Shown: positions 48,759 to 57,782 of the stretch, in pieces
Layout: each line of letters starts with the position of its first letter
Numbering within the stretch: the first letter of the stretch is position 1
NCBI GenBank assembly: GCA_046597055.1
Contig: JBKJLC010000237.1
Location: 64,001-128,000 of the forward strand
Direction: 5' to 3'
DNA from: Kofleriaceae bacterium
GTDB lineage: Bacteria; Myxococcota_A; Polyangia; Haliangiales; Haliangiaceae
DNA: 64,000 nt
Notes under the pieces: model-generated
The model's database searches: none
What the model was told of the DNA's origin: nothing
Seen by the model: the letters and a program-made list of their open reading frames with translations, nothing else
Position numbers and translations under genes: made by a program

Positions 48759-49493
48759 TCAGGCCGGGCGGACCGGGCCGGACCGATCGGCCTCGGCCAG
48801 GAGGGCGGCCATGCGCGCGTTCATGGTCGCCTCCTCGTCGTCGTCATTGTGGTCGTAGCCAAGCAGGTGGCACAGGCCGTGTGCGGCCAGGAACCGGACC
48901 TCGGTCCACAGGCCCTCGGGCCCACGCTTGCGGGCTTGGCGGGCCGCCGTGTCGATCGAGACGATCACGTCGCCGAGCATGCCCGGCGGCGCCGCCCCCG
49001 GCGGACCCTCGCGCTGGGCGAAGGCGAGCACGTCGGTCGGCTTGTCCTTGTGCCGGAAGTCGCGGTTGAGCGCGTGGATCACGGGGTCGGTGGTCAGGCG
49101 GAACCCGGCCTCGAGCGGGCCCGCCTCGCTGCGGGCAGCGGCCTCCAGCATGCGCGAGAGGTGACGGCGCAGCCGCGCCGCCAGCGGCGCTGGCAGGCGC
49201 CGGGCCTCGCGGTCGATCGTGAGGTCGGCGGTGGCGCGCACCACGGGTGCCGCGATCGGTGGCGTTGCGGCCGGGCGCTTCGCGAGCAGGCGCTTCGCCA
49301 ACGCGGGCTTCGCAGTCACCGGCTTCGCGGTCGCGGGCTTCGCGGTCGCCGGCTTCGCGGCCACGGGCTTCGCGGCCACGGGCTTCGCGGCCACGGGCTT
49401 CGCGGCCACGGGCTTCGCGGTCGCCGGCTTCTTCGTCGCGGGTTTCGCGGCCGGACGCTTCGCGGCCGGGCGAGCCGGGGGCGACCGGGTCAT
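48759..49493 (-). CDS. ybeY: rRNA maturation endoribonuclease YbeY with an N-terminal AKP-repeat extension
   Basis: LNRDFRHKDKPTDVLAF, LGDVIVS, HGLCHLLGYDH; ATGA overlap with the upstream stop. Confidence 0.92.
   Translation of the reverse strand: MTRSPPARPAAKRPAAKPATKKPATAKPVAAKPVAAKPVAAKPVAAKPATAKPATAKPVTAKPALAKRLLAKRPAATPPIAAPVVRATADLTIDREARRLPAPLAARLRRHLSRMLEAAARSEAGPLEAGFRLTTDPVIHALNRDFRHKDKPTDVLAFAQREGPPGAAPPGMLGDVIVSIDTAARQARKRGPEGLWTEVRFLAAHGLCHLLGYDHNDDDEEATMNARMAALLAEADRSGPVRPA
49276..49470 (-). repeat. 15-bp tandem repeat, about 13 units, encoding AKP(V/A)(A/T)
   Basis: Four exact copies of GGCTTCGCGGCCACG at 49351-49410, flanked by degenerate copies. Confidence 0.95.
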
Positions 49494-51466
49494 CGCTGGA
49501 CCGCGTCCCAGATCTTCGCCTCGCAGAACACCCGGAACAGCTCGTCGTCGAGCAGGCCCTTCTTCACGTCGCTGGCCAGGATGTCGAGGGCGCGCTGGGG
49601 TGGCATCGCCTTCTTGTACGGCCGATCGCTGGCGGTCAGCGCATCGTAGATGTCGCTGATCGTCATCATGCGGGCCGGCACCGGGATCGCGTCGGCCTGC
49701 AGGCCGTTGGGGTAGCCCGAGCCATCGAGCTTCTCGTGGTGGGCGCCGGCGATCTCGGGGACCTTGCGGAACTGTTGCCCCCACGGGATCTGGCGCAGGA
49801 AGTTCGACGTGTGCACGACGTGGCTCTCGATCTCGAACCGCTCCTCCTTGGTCAGCGAGCCGCGCATGACCTGGAGCGCGGTCGCCTCCTCGGGCTTGAG
49901 GTACGGCAGCTGCTCGCCGCCGGGATCCACGAACAGCCGGCTGGCGATGTCGGCGATCCGATCGAAGCCACCCTGCTCGAGGATGGTCGGCTCGTTGGCC
50001 GCCAGGATCCAGCGGATCATGTCGTCGAGCTCGGCCAGGGACCGGGCCGCCTGGGCGTCGATCGACGACACCTGGTGGACGTGGCCGGCCTCGAAGCAGC
50101 CGACCTTCTGCACCAGCGACTCGACCTCGATGCCGCGCCGGATCAGGTGGAAGCGCTGGACGATGTACTCGCGCTGGTGCTCGTAGAGCTTCTTGGCCTT
50201 GACCAGCACGTGCTCGCGGACGCCGACCTTGCCGAAGTCGTGGAGCAGCGCCGCGTACTCGATCTGCTTGAGGTCGTTGGCCGAGAAGTTCAGGTCGCGG
50301 TACGGACCGGCATCGACCCGATCGACGGCCTGGGCCAGGCCGGTGGTCAGGGTCGCGACCCGTTCGGAGTGGCCCGAGGTGGTCGGGTCGCGCGACTCGA
50401 TCGCGGTGACCGACGCGCGGACGAAGCCGTCGAACAGGGTCCGGACCTCGTCGTAGAGCATCGCGTTCTCGAGCGCGATCCCGGCCTGCGAGGCGAGCGA
50501 CGCCGCGTAGGTGACCGAGACCTCGTCGAACCGCACCACCCCGGTCGTGAACTGCTCGGCGATGTCGAGCCGGGCCACGCCGCGCGCGCGCTTGTTGATG
50601 AGCTGGATGACGCCGATGACGTTGTTGCGCGCCGAGATCATCGGCACCGTCAGCATCGACCGGGTCTGGTAGCGATGCTTGTCGTCGAAGCTGCGATCGT
50701 GGATGAAGCCCCACGGGTTGTTGCCGGCGCCGGGGGCGTCGAGCCCGTACAGGTCGGGGATGTTGATGACGTCCGACGACATCACGCAGGTACCGACGAT
50801 CGAGCTGCCCGACACCGGCATCGTGAAGCCCTTGGCGTCGATCGCGCGCGAGTCGTTCTGGCTGACCATGAAGCGCAGGACCCGCGGCTCGGCGGTGTCG
50901 TCGCCCTGGACGATGTAGACCGAGCCGGCGTCGGCGCCGGTGACGTCGCGGGCCCGGCGCAGGATGCTGCCGAGCAGCGAGTCGATGTCGCGCTCGCGCG
51001 ACAGCGAGCGGCCGATGTCGATCAGCAGGTCGTTCTCGTACTTGGCCTGGGCCAGCTCCAGCTCGAGGGCGGCCGCGACCTGGCGCAGGACCGAGGCCTC
51101 GGCGCTCACCCGCAGGACCACCGCGATCCGGTCGAGCGAGGCCGGCACCGCCAGCGCGGCCACGTCGCCCTCGCTCGCGACGTGGTGGGCGGCGCCGGCG
51201 GTGAAGTCGTCGTCGCTGCCGACCAGCAGCAGCGGGTAGTGGCCGCTGCGCGCCCGCTTGAGGTGGGGCGCCGCCAGGGCCGGGTCCCGCCACACCGACG
51301 GCCACACCAGCACGAGCAGGATCGGCGCCTTGGCCCGCGTCTGCGGGGCCCGGGTCTCCAGCTCGAGCCAGCCGACACCCTGACGGCGGACGTGCCACCC
51401 CGCCAGGCGGTCGTCGGCGGCGACCGCGGCGCTCAGGTCGTCCTGCGACGCCAGCAGGCTGGCCAC
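49490..51466 (-). CDS. Pseudo-receiver + GAF + HD-GYP cyclic dinucleotide phosphodiesterase
   Basis: GAF (ADAGSVY, YQTRSMLTVP, GVIQLINK); RDPTTSGHSERV, LLHDFGK, HHEKLDGSGYP, DIYDALT, RPYK. Confidence 0.9.
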   Translation of the reverse strand: MASLLASQDDLSAAVAADDRLAGWHVRRQGVGWLELETRAPQTRAKAPILLVLVWPSVWRDPALAAPHLKRARSGHYPLLLVGSDDDFTAGAAHHVASEGDVAALAVPASLDRIAVVLRVSAEASVLRQVAAALELELAQAKYENDLLIDIGRSLSRERDIDSLLGSILRRARDVTGADAGSVYIVQGDDTAEPRVLRFMVSQNDSRAIDAKGFTMPVSGSSIVGTCVMSSDVINIPDLYGLDAPGAGNNPWGFIHDRSFDDKHRYQTRSMLTVPMISARNNVIGVIQLINKRARGVARLDIAEQFTTGVVRFDEVSVTYAASLASQAGIALENAMLYDEVRTLFDGFVRASVTAIESRDPTTSGHSERVATLTTGLAQAVDRVDAGPYRDLNFSANDLKQIEYAALLHDFGKVGVREHVLVKAKKLYEHQREYIVQRFHLIRRGIEVESLVQKVGCFEAGHVHQVSSIDAQAARSLAELDDMIRWILAANEPTILEQGGFDRIADIASRLFVDPGGEQLPYLKPEEATALQVMRGSLTKEERFEIESHVVHTSNFLRQIPWGQQFRKVPEIAGAHHEKLDGSGYPNGLQADAIPVPARMMTISDIYDALTASDRPYKKAMPPQRALDILASDVKKGLLDDELFRVFCEAKIWDAVQR

Positions 51467-51471
51467 GAGGC

Positions 51472-52515
51472 CTACTCTAGCCTGGAACGTCCGGGACCGT
51501 CGGGCCCGACCGACGGCCCGGGCGCTTCGGCGCGGTCGCGCTCGCTGCGGGCCCGGTCGCGGGCGTCGTAGGCGCGGATGATCTCGGCGACCAGCGGGTG
51601 GCGCACGACGTCGGCGTCGGTGAACCGGGTGACCCCGATGCCGCTGATGCCCTCGACCAGGTCGAGCGCGTCGCGCAGGCCCGACCGCATGCCGCGCGGC
51701 AGGTCGCTCTGCGACGGATCGCCGGTGACGATCGCCTTGGCCCCGAAGCCGAGCCGGGTCAGGAACATCTTCATCTGCTCGACGGTGGTGTTCTGCGCCT
51801 CGTCGAGGATCACGAAGCTGTCGTTCAGCGTGCGGCCACGCATGAACGCGAGCGGCGCGACCTCGATGATGTCGTCCGCGATCAGCTTCTGGATCTTGTC
51901 GGGCTCGATCATGTCGTGCAGCGCGTCGTACAGCGGCCGCAGGTACGGATTGACCTTCTCCTCGAGCGTGCCGGGCAAGAAGCCGAGCTTCTCGCCGGCC
52001 TCGACCGCGGGCCGGGTCAGGACCACGCGGCGGACCTGCTTGTCGAGCAGCGCCCGCACCGCCAGCGCCATCGCCAGGTAGGTCTTGCCGGTGCCGGCCG
52101 GGCCCACCGCGAACACGATGTCGTTGGCGCGGACCTGATCGAGGTAGTTCTTCTGGGCGACGCCCTTGGCCGCGATCGGCCGGCCCCCGCGGGGCACCAG
52201 CACGGTGTCGGAGAAGATCGGCGCCAGCTCGACCGAGGCGTCGGCCGACAGCGCCTTGACCGCGCGCACGACGTCGTCGGACGACAGGTGCTTGCCCTTG
52301 CGCGCGAACGCGTAGAGCTGCTCGAGCGCGGAGCGCACGACCGCGGTCGCGGCCTCGTCGGCCTCGATCGTGATCTCGTTGCCACGCACGTGGAGGAGCG
52401 CGCCGGCGGTCCGCTCGATGAGCTTCAGGCGCGCATTGCTGGTCCCGCACAGCGCCTGGAACGCCTCGGGATCGTCGAAGATGAGCTTGTCGCGGCGGAG
52501 GCTGGGCTTGGTCAC
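51472..52515 (-). CDS. phoH: PhoH/YbeZ-family ATPase
   Basis: [38 protein letters not shown] and DVVRHPLV motifs. Confidence 0.96.
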   Translation of the reverse strand: MTKPSLRRDKLIFDDPEAFQALCGTSNARLKLIERTAGALLHVRGNEITIEADEAATAVVRSALEQLYAFARKGKHLSSDDVVRAVKALSADASVELAPIFSDTVLVPRGGRPIAAKGVAQKNYLDQVRANDIVFAVGPAGTGKTYLAMALAVRALLDKQVRRVVLTRPAVEAGEKLGFLPGTLEEKVNPYLRPLYDALHDMIEPDKIQKLIADDIIEVAPLAFMRGRTLNDSFVILDEAQNTTVEQMKMFLTRLGFGAKAIVTGDPSQSDLPRGMRSGLRDALDLVEGISGIGVTRFTDADVVRHPLVAEIIRAYDARDRARSERDRAEAPGPSVGPDGPGRSRLE

Positions 52516-52612
52516 GTGGATAGGTTTCTGCCCGACGCAAGCGAAGTCAGCCGGCTCGGCGGGGTGGGTTTCGTACCACAGGATCGTCGGGGGCGCCTGC
52601 TACCTTGCGCGG

Positions 52613-53419
52613 ATGACGCCCCCCGGTTCGTCGTTGTCCCGCCTCGTCGAGGTCATGGCCAAGCTGCTCGCCCCCGACGGATGTCCGTGGGACCGCGAGC
52701 AGACCCTCGACACCCTGCGGCCATTCCTGATCGAGGAGTCGTACGAGGTGCTCGACGCGCTCGACCGCGGCGACATCACCGGCCATCGCGAGGAGCTGGG
52801 CGACCTGTTGATGCAGGTGGTCTTCCAGGCCGCGCTGCGCCAGGCCGAGGGCCAGTTCGCGATCGACGACGTGGTCGAGACCATCGTCGAGAAGCTGGTG
52901 CGCCGCCACCCGCACGTGTTCGGCGCGCCCGGCGCGTCGGACGTCACCACCGCCAGCGAGGTGCTGACCCAGTGGGAGCAGATCAAGGCGAGCGAGAAGC
53001 AGGCCGCGGCCGACGGCGCGCCGGCGCGGACCCTGGCCGGGGTCCCGGGCGGCCTGCCCGCCCTGGCCCGGGCCCAGAAGCTCGGCAGCAAGGCCGGGCG
53101 GGTCGGGTTCGACTGGCCGGGCTGGGCGGGCTCGATGGAGAAGGTGCGCGAGGAGGTCGGCGAGATCGAGGCGTGCGCGGCGGGGGCCGATCAGGCGGCC
53201 AAGCATCACGAGGTCGGCGACCTGCTGTTCGCCGTGGTGAACCTCGCTCGCAAGCTCGAGGTCGATGCCGAGACCGCGCTGACCGACGCCTGCCGGCGCT
53301 TCACGTCCCGCTTCGAGCACATCGAGGACCGCTTGCGGGCGCAGGGCCGGTCACCGGCGGAGTCGAACCTCGAGGAAATGGACGGTCTCTGGAACGAAGC
53401 GAAGCGGCGCGCGCCGTGA
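52613..53419 (+). CDS. mazG: Nucleoside triphosphate pyrophosphohydrolase
   Basis: GCPWDREQT, EESYEV, EELGDLL, RRHPHVF, GFDW and EVGDLLF motifs. Confidence 0.96.
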   Translation: MTPPGSSLSRLVEVMAKLLAPDGCPWDREQTLDTLRPFLIEESYEVLDALDRGDITGHREELGDLLMQVVFQAALRQAEGQFAIDDVVETIVEKLVRRHPHVFGAPGASDVTTASEVLTQWEQIKASEKQAAADGAPARTLAGVPGGLPALARAQKLGSKAGRVGFDWPGWAGSMEKVREEVGEIEACAAGADQAAKHHEVGDLLFAVVNLARKLEVDAETALTDACRRFTSRFEHIEDRLRAQGRSPAESNLEEMDGLWNEAKRRAP

Positions 53420-53432
53420 GCGCGGGAGCACC

Positions 53433-53456
53433 AAAGTCGAACCTGTCACTTTTTTG
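53433..53456 (+). terminator. Possible intrinsic terminator after mazG
   Basis: Weak stem AAAGTcGA/TCACTTT running into a T6 tract, rare in this genome. Confidence 0.35.
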
Positions 53457-53523
53457 AGCATCTCCCGTCGAAGTGCCGTCATCACAGGCCCTCCCGGCGC
53501 TCCACCATGGGGTAACGCGCAAC

Positions 53524-53532
53524 TTGTCCACA
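53524..53532 (+). promoter_or_regulatory. Single DnaA-box-like 9-mer
   Basis: TTGTCCACA in the long mazG-rpsT gap. Confidence 0.35.
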
Positions 53533-53736
53533 GGTCCCGAAGAAACCCACCGGTGCGCGTGCGGATCTGCAACGCGGAGGCGGCGCTCACGGTGAGCGGA
53601 TGACATCGGCCGGCGGTCGCGGACGGCTCGGCAGCGTCGGGGCTGGCCGTTTGGCAAGCGCTGACACCGTCCGAGGCACGCGAGATCGGCCGGAGATCGG
53701 CCGGGTCGCCTGGCGTGGGGCGGTCGGCCCTCGGGC

Positions 53737-53765
53737 TTGACATGGAAGTCCCTGCGCGATACCTA
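53737..53765 (+). promoter_or_regulatory. Putative sigma70 promoter of rpsT
   Basis: TTGACA-N17-TACCTA; GAGGAG SD before the GTG at 53806. Confidence 0.6.
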
Positions 53766-53805
53766 CCGGCGCTCGTTCCTGACTCTGTGACCCCGAGGAG
53801 ATTCC

Positions 53806-54063
53806 GTGGCCAACAATCCATCGGCCGAAAAGCGTAACAAGCAGATGATCCGCCGCCGGGCCCGCAACCGTGCGGCGCTCAGCGCGCTGCGCACTGCGGT
53901 CAAGAAGGCGCGCACTGCGATCGACGGCAAGGCGGAGAACGCCGCTGACCTGAAGAAGGCTGCCATCTCGAAGATCGACAAGGCGGTCACCAAGGGCGTT
54001 CTCAAGAAGGAGACCGGCTCGCGCTACGTGTCCCGCCTGGCCGCGCGCCAGGCGGAGGCCTGA
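53806..54063 (+). CDS. rpsT: 30S ribosomal protein S20
   Basis: MANNPSAEKR...RNR...LRTAVKK...IDKAVTKGVL. Confidence 0.97.
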   Translation: MANNPSAEKRNKQMIRRRARNRAALSALRTAVKKARTAIDGKAENAADLKKAAISKIDKAVTKGVLKKETGSRYVSRLAARQAEA

Positions 54064-54107
54064 TCCGCCGCGGCCCGCCCGTCCGCTCGCTCTGCTAGGG
54101 TCGTGCC

Positions 54108-55166
54108 GTGGCTGACATCGTCACTGCCGCGGCCAAGGGCCAGGTCGATCCCGTCTACATCGTCGCGTCCGAGCACCCGGTGCTCGTCGATCGCGCGCTG
54201 GCTGCCGTGCGTGACCTGGCGGTCCCGCCCGCCCTGCGGGCGTGGAACTACGACGTCATCGAGGGCAAGATCTCGGCGTCGCGGGTCATCGCGACCTGTC
54301 AGACGCTGCCGATGATGGGCGCCAAGCGCATGGTCTTCGTGCGCGATCTGGCGCCGTCGCCCGCCGACGAGCTGACCGCGCTGGCGGCGTACTTCGAGGC
54401 GCCGTCGCCATCGACGGTGCTGTTCGCGATCACGTCGAAGCTCGACAAGCGGATGAAGCTGTACGCGGCGGCCGGCAAGAAAGGCTGGCTGCACGTGCTC
54501 GAGGCACCCCGCAACCCCGACGGCTGGATCCGGTCGGAGGCCGGGGCCCGCGGCGTCCGGCTCGCGCCCGATGCGGTCGGCCGGCTGGCCGACGCGGTCG
54601 GCAACGACCTGTCGCGGCTGTCGCTGTGCATCGACCAGCTCGCGCTCTACGCCGGCGACGTACCGGTCACCGCCGATCACGTCGACGAGCTGATCGCCGA
54701 GACCCGCGAGCGCACCGTGTTCGAGCTGACCGACGCCATCGGCGCCGGTGATCGCGCGCGCGCGCTGGCCGCGGTCGGCTCGCTCGCCGAGCAGCGGCAG
54801 AGCGCGATCGGCGTGCTGGTGATGCTCGCCCGCCACCTTCGCCAGCTCGCGCTGGTCCACGTCGCCCGTGCCGAGGGCGCCGACAAGCGCGACCTGCCCG
54901 GGCGGCTGGGCGCCCCGCCCTTCCTGGTCGACAAGCTGCTGGTGCAGTCGCGGCGCTACGAGCCGGGCGCGCTGGCCCGGGCCACCGAGCTGATCGCGAC
55001 CGCCGACTGGGCGCTCAAGGGCTTCCCCGAACCGGCGGCGACCGGCCTCTACGCCGACGCGGTCGCCAGCGGCCCGGCCCAGAAGACCCTGGGCAAGCAG
55101 CTCGGGGAGCGCCTGCTGCTCGAGCGGCTCGCGGTGGGCATCATCGCGCTGGGGGCCCGCCCGTGA
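54108..55166 (+). CDS. holA: DNA polymerase III subunit delta
   Basis: TLPMMGAKRMVFV, LDKRMK, VGNDL and VFELTDAI; adjacent to rpsT. Confidence 0.88.
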   Translation: MADIVTAAAKGQVDPVYIVASEHPVLVDRALAAVRDLAVPPALRAWNYDVIEGKISASRVIATCQTLPMMGAKRMVFVRDLAPSPADELTALAAYFEAPSPSTVLFAITSKLDKRMKLYAAAGKKGWLHVLEAPRNPDGWIRSEAGARGVRLAPDAVGRLADAVGNDLSRLSLCIDQLALYAGDVPVTADHVDELIAETRERTVFELTDAIGAGDRARALAAVGSLAEQRQSAIGVLVMLARHLRQLALVHVARAEGADKRDLPGRLGAPPFLVDKLLVQSRRYEPGALARATELIATADWALKGFPEPAATGLYADAVASGPAQKTLGKQLGERLLLERLAVGIIALGARP

Positions 55167-56509
55167 CCCCGGCGGTCTTCGTCGCCGATCGCGCGGTGGT
55201 CGGCGGCGTCGCCCGCGGCGAGACCGCGGTGCTGGCCGTGGACGGCGCCATCGTCGCGGTCGGTGCGCCCGCCGAGATCCTGGCCCGCCCGGACGCGGCC
55301 GGGGCCCGCCCGGTGCGCTGGGCGCGCAAGGCGATGATGCCGGGCACCGTCAACGCCCACAACCACAGCTTCCAGTCGCTCCTGCGCGGCATCGGCGACG
55401 ACCTGCCGTTCCTGACCTGGCGCGACCGCGCGCTCTACCGCTACTCGCCGCGCCTCGACGCCGAGGGCATGGCGACCGCCGCGCTGTTCGCGTTCGGCGA
55501 GATGCTGCTGCACGGCGTCACCACCGTGTGCGACTTCTACTACCTGAACGCCGGTGGCAACGAGCACGCCAGCGCGACCATCGAGGCGGCCCGCCGGCTC
55601 GGCATGCGGGTGGTGCTGGCGCGCTGCTTCTACGACTGGGACGGCGCCCCGGCCAGCTACCGCGAGACCGTCCCGCAGGCGGTCACCAACTTCGAGGCGC
55701 TGCATCGGCGCTACCACGATCGCGACCGCCGCCTGGTCAGCGTGCAGCCGGCCCCGCACAGCCAGCACGGCGCGACCCCGGCGATGATCGAGGCCGGCGC
55801 CGGCTGCGCCCGCGACGCCGGCGTGCCCTGGCACATCCATCTCGCCGAGGAGCAGTACCAGGTCGAGCAGTCGCTCACCCGGTTCGGCGCCCGCCCGCTG
55901 CACGCGGTGGCCGGGCTCGACGTCGACCTGGCCTCGATGATCGCGGTCCACGGCTGCTGGTTCGACCCCGGCGAGCGCGCGGTCCTGGCCGAGCGCGGCG
56001 GCCGGCTCGCCTACTGCCCGGGCTCCAACATGTTTCTCGGCGACGGCATCACCGACGTGGTCGACCTCCACGCGCGCGGGGTCGCGATCGGCCTCGGCAC
56101 CGATGGCGGCTGCTCGAACAACCGGGTCAGCGTGCTCGACGAGATGCGCACCTGCGCGCTGCTGCAGAAGGTCGCGCGCATCGACGGCCAGGCGATCACG
56201 GCCGAGGACGTGTTCGCGATGGGCACCCGCGGCGGCGGTCGCGTGCTCGACCTGCCGGTCGGGGACCTCGTGCCGGGGGCCCGCTGCGACCTGGTCGCGG
56301 TCGACCTCGACGACCCGTCGCTCTGGCCGGAGCAGGCGCTGGCCAAGAACCTGGTGTATGCGCTCTCGTCTCGCGCGATCTCGGATGTCGTGGTAGATGG
56401 AGACGTGGTCGTCGCCGATCGGCGCCTGACCCGCGTTCCCCACGACGAGATCCAAGCACGTGTCCGTGACCTCACCCGGGACTGGCAGCGCGAGGACCCA
56501 GCGCCGTGA
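55163..56509 (+). CDS. Metal-dependent amidohydrolase (SAH/MTA/guanine deaminase-like)
   Basis: PGTVNAHNH, HIHLAE, VHG and GLGTDG motifs. Confidence 0.9.
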   Translation: MTPAVFVADRAVVGGVARGETAVLAVDGAIVAVGAPAEILARPDAAGARPVRWARKAMMPGTVNAHNHSFQSLLRGIGDDLPFLTWRDRALYRYSPRLDAEGMATAALFAFGEMLLHGVTTVCDFYYLNAGGNEHASATIEAARRLGMRVVLARCFYDWDGAPASYRETVPQAVTNFEALHRRYHDRDRRLVSVQPAPHSQHGATPAMIEAGAGCARDAGVPWHIHLAEEQYQVEQSLTRFGARPLHAVAGLDVDLASMIAVHGCWFDPGERAVLAERGGRLAYCPGSNMFLGDGITDVVDLHARGVAIGLGTDGGCSNNRVSVLDEMRTCALLQKVARIDGQAITAEDVFAMGTRGGGRVLDLPVGDLVPGARCDLVAVDLDDPSLWPEQALAKNLVYALSSRAISDVVVDGDVVVADRRLTRVPHDEIQARVRDLTRDWQREDPAP

Positions 56510-56984
56510 CGACGAGCCGCCCGACCAGACGTCGGCTGACGGGCGGGTCGCGGTCGAGCTCGAGCACGCGCGTGGCCACCACGCCCGCTGGGTCGTGATC
56601 GGCGGGGTGATCGGGGTCCTGTGCGTCTTGAAGCTCGGCACCCTGGGCAAGGGGGTCGGCGTCCTGCTGCTGGCGCTGGCGGCCTGGGCCGCCTACAAGC
56701 TGGTGCGGACCTACGTGCACCCACCCGGCACCCTCGTGGTCGACGGCGATCGGGTCCAGCTGCCGCGCGGCCTGTGCCGGGGCGCGCCGACCGAGCTCGC
56801 GCGCGGCGCGGTGACCGGCGCCTACTTCCTCCGGCGCTCGGTGCCGTGGACGCGGGCCGCGCCGGTGCTGGTGGTCGAAGCGGGCGGCAAGGCGTTCGTG
56901 TACCCGCGCGACTGGTTCGCCGCCGAGGCCGATCAGCGCCGCGTGCTCGAGGCGCTCGCCGGCGCCGGCCCCGCCGCGCCGTGA
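56460..56984 (+). CDS. Small membrane protein; start uncertain
   Basis: Two TM helices followed by a beta-rich soluble domain; stop overlaps the next GTG. Confidence 0.6.
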   Translation: MSVTSPGTGSARTQRRDDEPPDQTSADGRVAVELEHARGHHARWVVIGGVIGVLCVLKLGTLGKGVGVLLLALAAWAAYKLVRTYVHPPGTLVVDGDRVQLPRGLCRGAPTELARGAVTGAYFLRRSVPWTRAAPVLVVEAGGKAFVYPRDWFAAEADQRRVLEALAGAGPAAP

Positions 56985-57505
56985 CCCGGCTCGCGCTGCG
57001 CGGGCGGTTCGCCAGCGCCGTGAGCGTGGCGCTCGTCGCGCTGGCGGGCGCCGCGGCCGCCGAACCACTGGACCTGGGGCCGGCCCGGCTGGCCCTCGAT
57101 CCGGCCTGGATCGGCGCGGCGCCGGCGCCAGCCCCGAGCGACGCGCCGCTGGTCCGCACCCACCCGAGTGGCGCCACCTTGACCGTCACCCGCGCCGCGG
57201 TCGGCAACCCCGACGCGTGGCGCCGCCAGACGCACGACGCGTACGTCGACGCGATCGAGGCCGGCTTCGCGCGCACCGCCGGCTACGTGCGGGTCGACCA
57301 CGGACGGCCGCGCCTGGGCGCCGCCGGGGTGCCGACCCTCGAGCTCACCTTCCGTCGCACCGTCGGCGGTCGGCGCGAGATCGTCGCGGTGCGCGTGCTG
57401 CTGTTCCGCACCGTCACGTTCGCCGCCGCGGCCGCCGCGCCCGACACCCGCGCGGGGCGACGGCTCGCCGAGGCCGCGGTCGCAAGCCTGACCCCGGACG
57501 CCTGA
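56981..57505 (+). CDS. Exported hypothetical protein
   Basis: GTGA overlap; signal peptide ending AAA-EP. Confidence 0.6.
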   Translation: MTRLALRGRFASAVSVALVALAGAAAAEPLDLGPARLALDPAWIGAAPAPAPSDAPLVRTHPSGATLTVTRAAVGNPDAWRRQTHDAYVDAIEAGFARTAGYVRVDHGRPRLGAAGVPTLELTFRRTVGGRREIVAVRVLLFRTVTFAAAAAAPDTRAGRRLAEAAVASLTPDA

Positions 57506-57510
57506 GCCGA

Positions 57511-57666
57511 GCGACACGAGGCGGCGCTGGTTCCGTACAGATCGGGCGCGGCCTCCAGGCCGCGGCCGACCGATCGAAAGGAGGGTGGGATTCGAAAGAA
57601 TCCCAGCCGCTGAGCCACCCAGCCTCGACGCCGGGTCCGGCGGTAACCAGCGTTGCCTCCGTGCGC
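57511..57666 (+). ncRNA. Candidate structured non-coding RNA (rod-like, possibly 6S-like)
   Basis: GAGGCGGCGCTGGTT pairs with AACCAGCGTTGCCTC using G-U pairs; inner GATCGGGCG/CGCCGGGTC; central TGGGATTC-GAAA-GAATCCCA. Confidence 0.5.
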
Positions 57667-57782
57667 CAGGGCCGTCGCGCGAGGTGTCCGGGCACACCGT
57701 GCCGATGCACCTGATTGTGGATGTCATCGCTGGTCAGGTCGGCGCGGCGTGCGGGTCGCCGACCAGCTGGAATGGTGCGGCG

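Noticed and set aside
53420..53805. Replication origin
   Set aside because: A single DnaA-like box, no box cluster, no AT-rich unwinding element and no dnaA/dnaN/gidA nearby
57580..57596. Minus strand TTCGAATCCCACCCTCC resembling a tRNA 3' fragment (att scar)
   Set aside because: No cloverleaf, partner repeat or integrase; better explained as part of the GAAA hairpin
57580..57660. TPP, c-di-GMP-I, ydaO riboswitch or SRP RNA identity for the structured element
   Set aside because: Only partial words match (GCTGAG, ACCC, GAAA); diagnostic cores such as CTGAGA/ACCTGAT or CAGG-GGAA-GCAGC are missing
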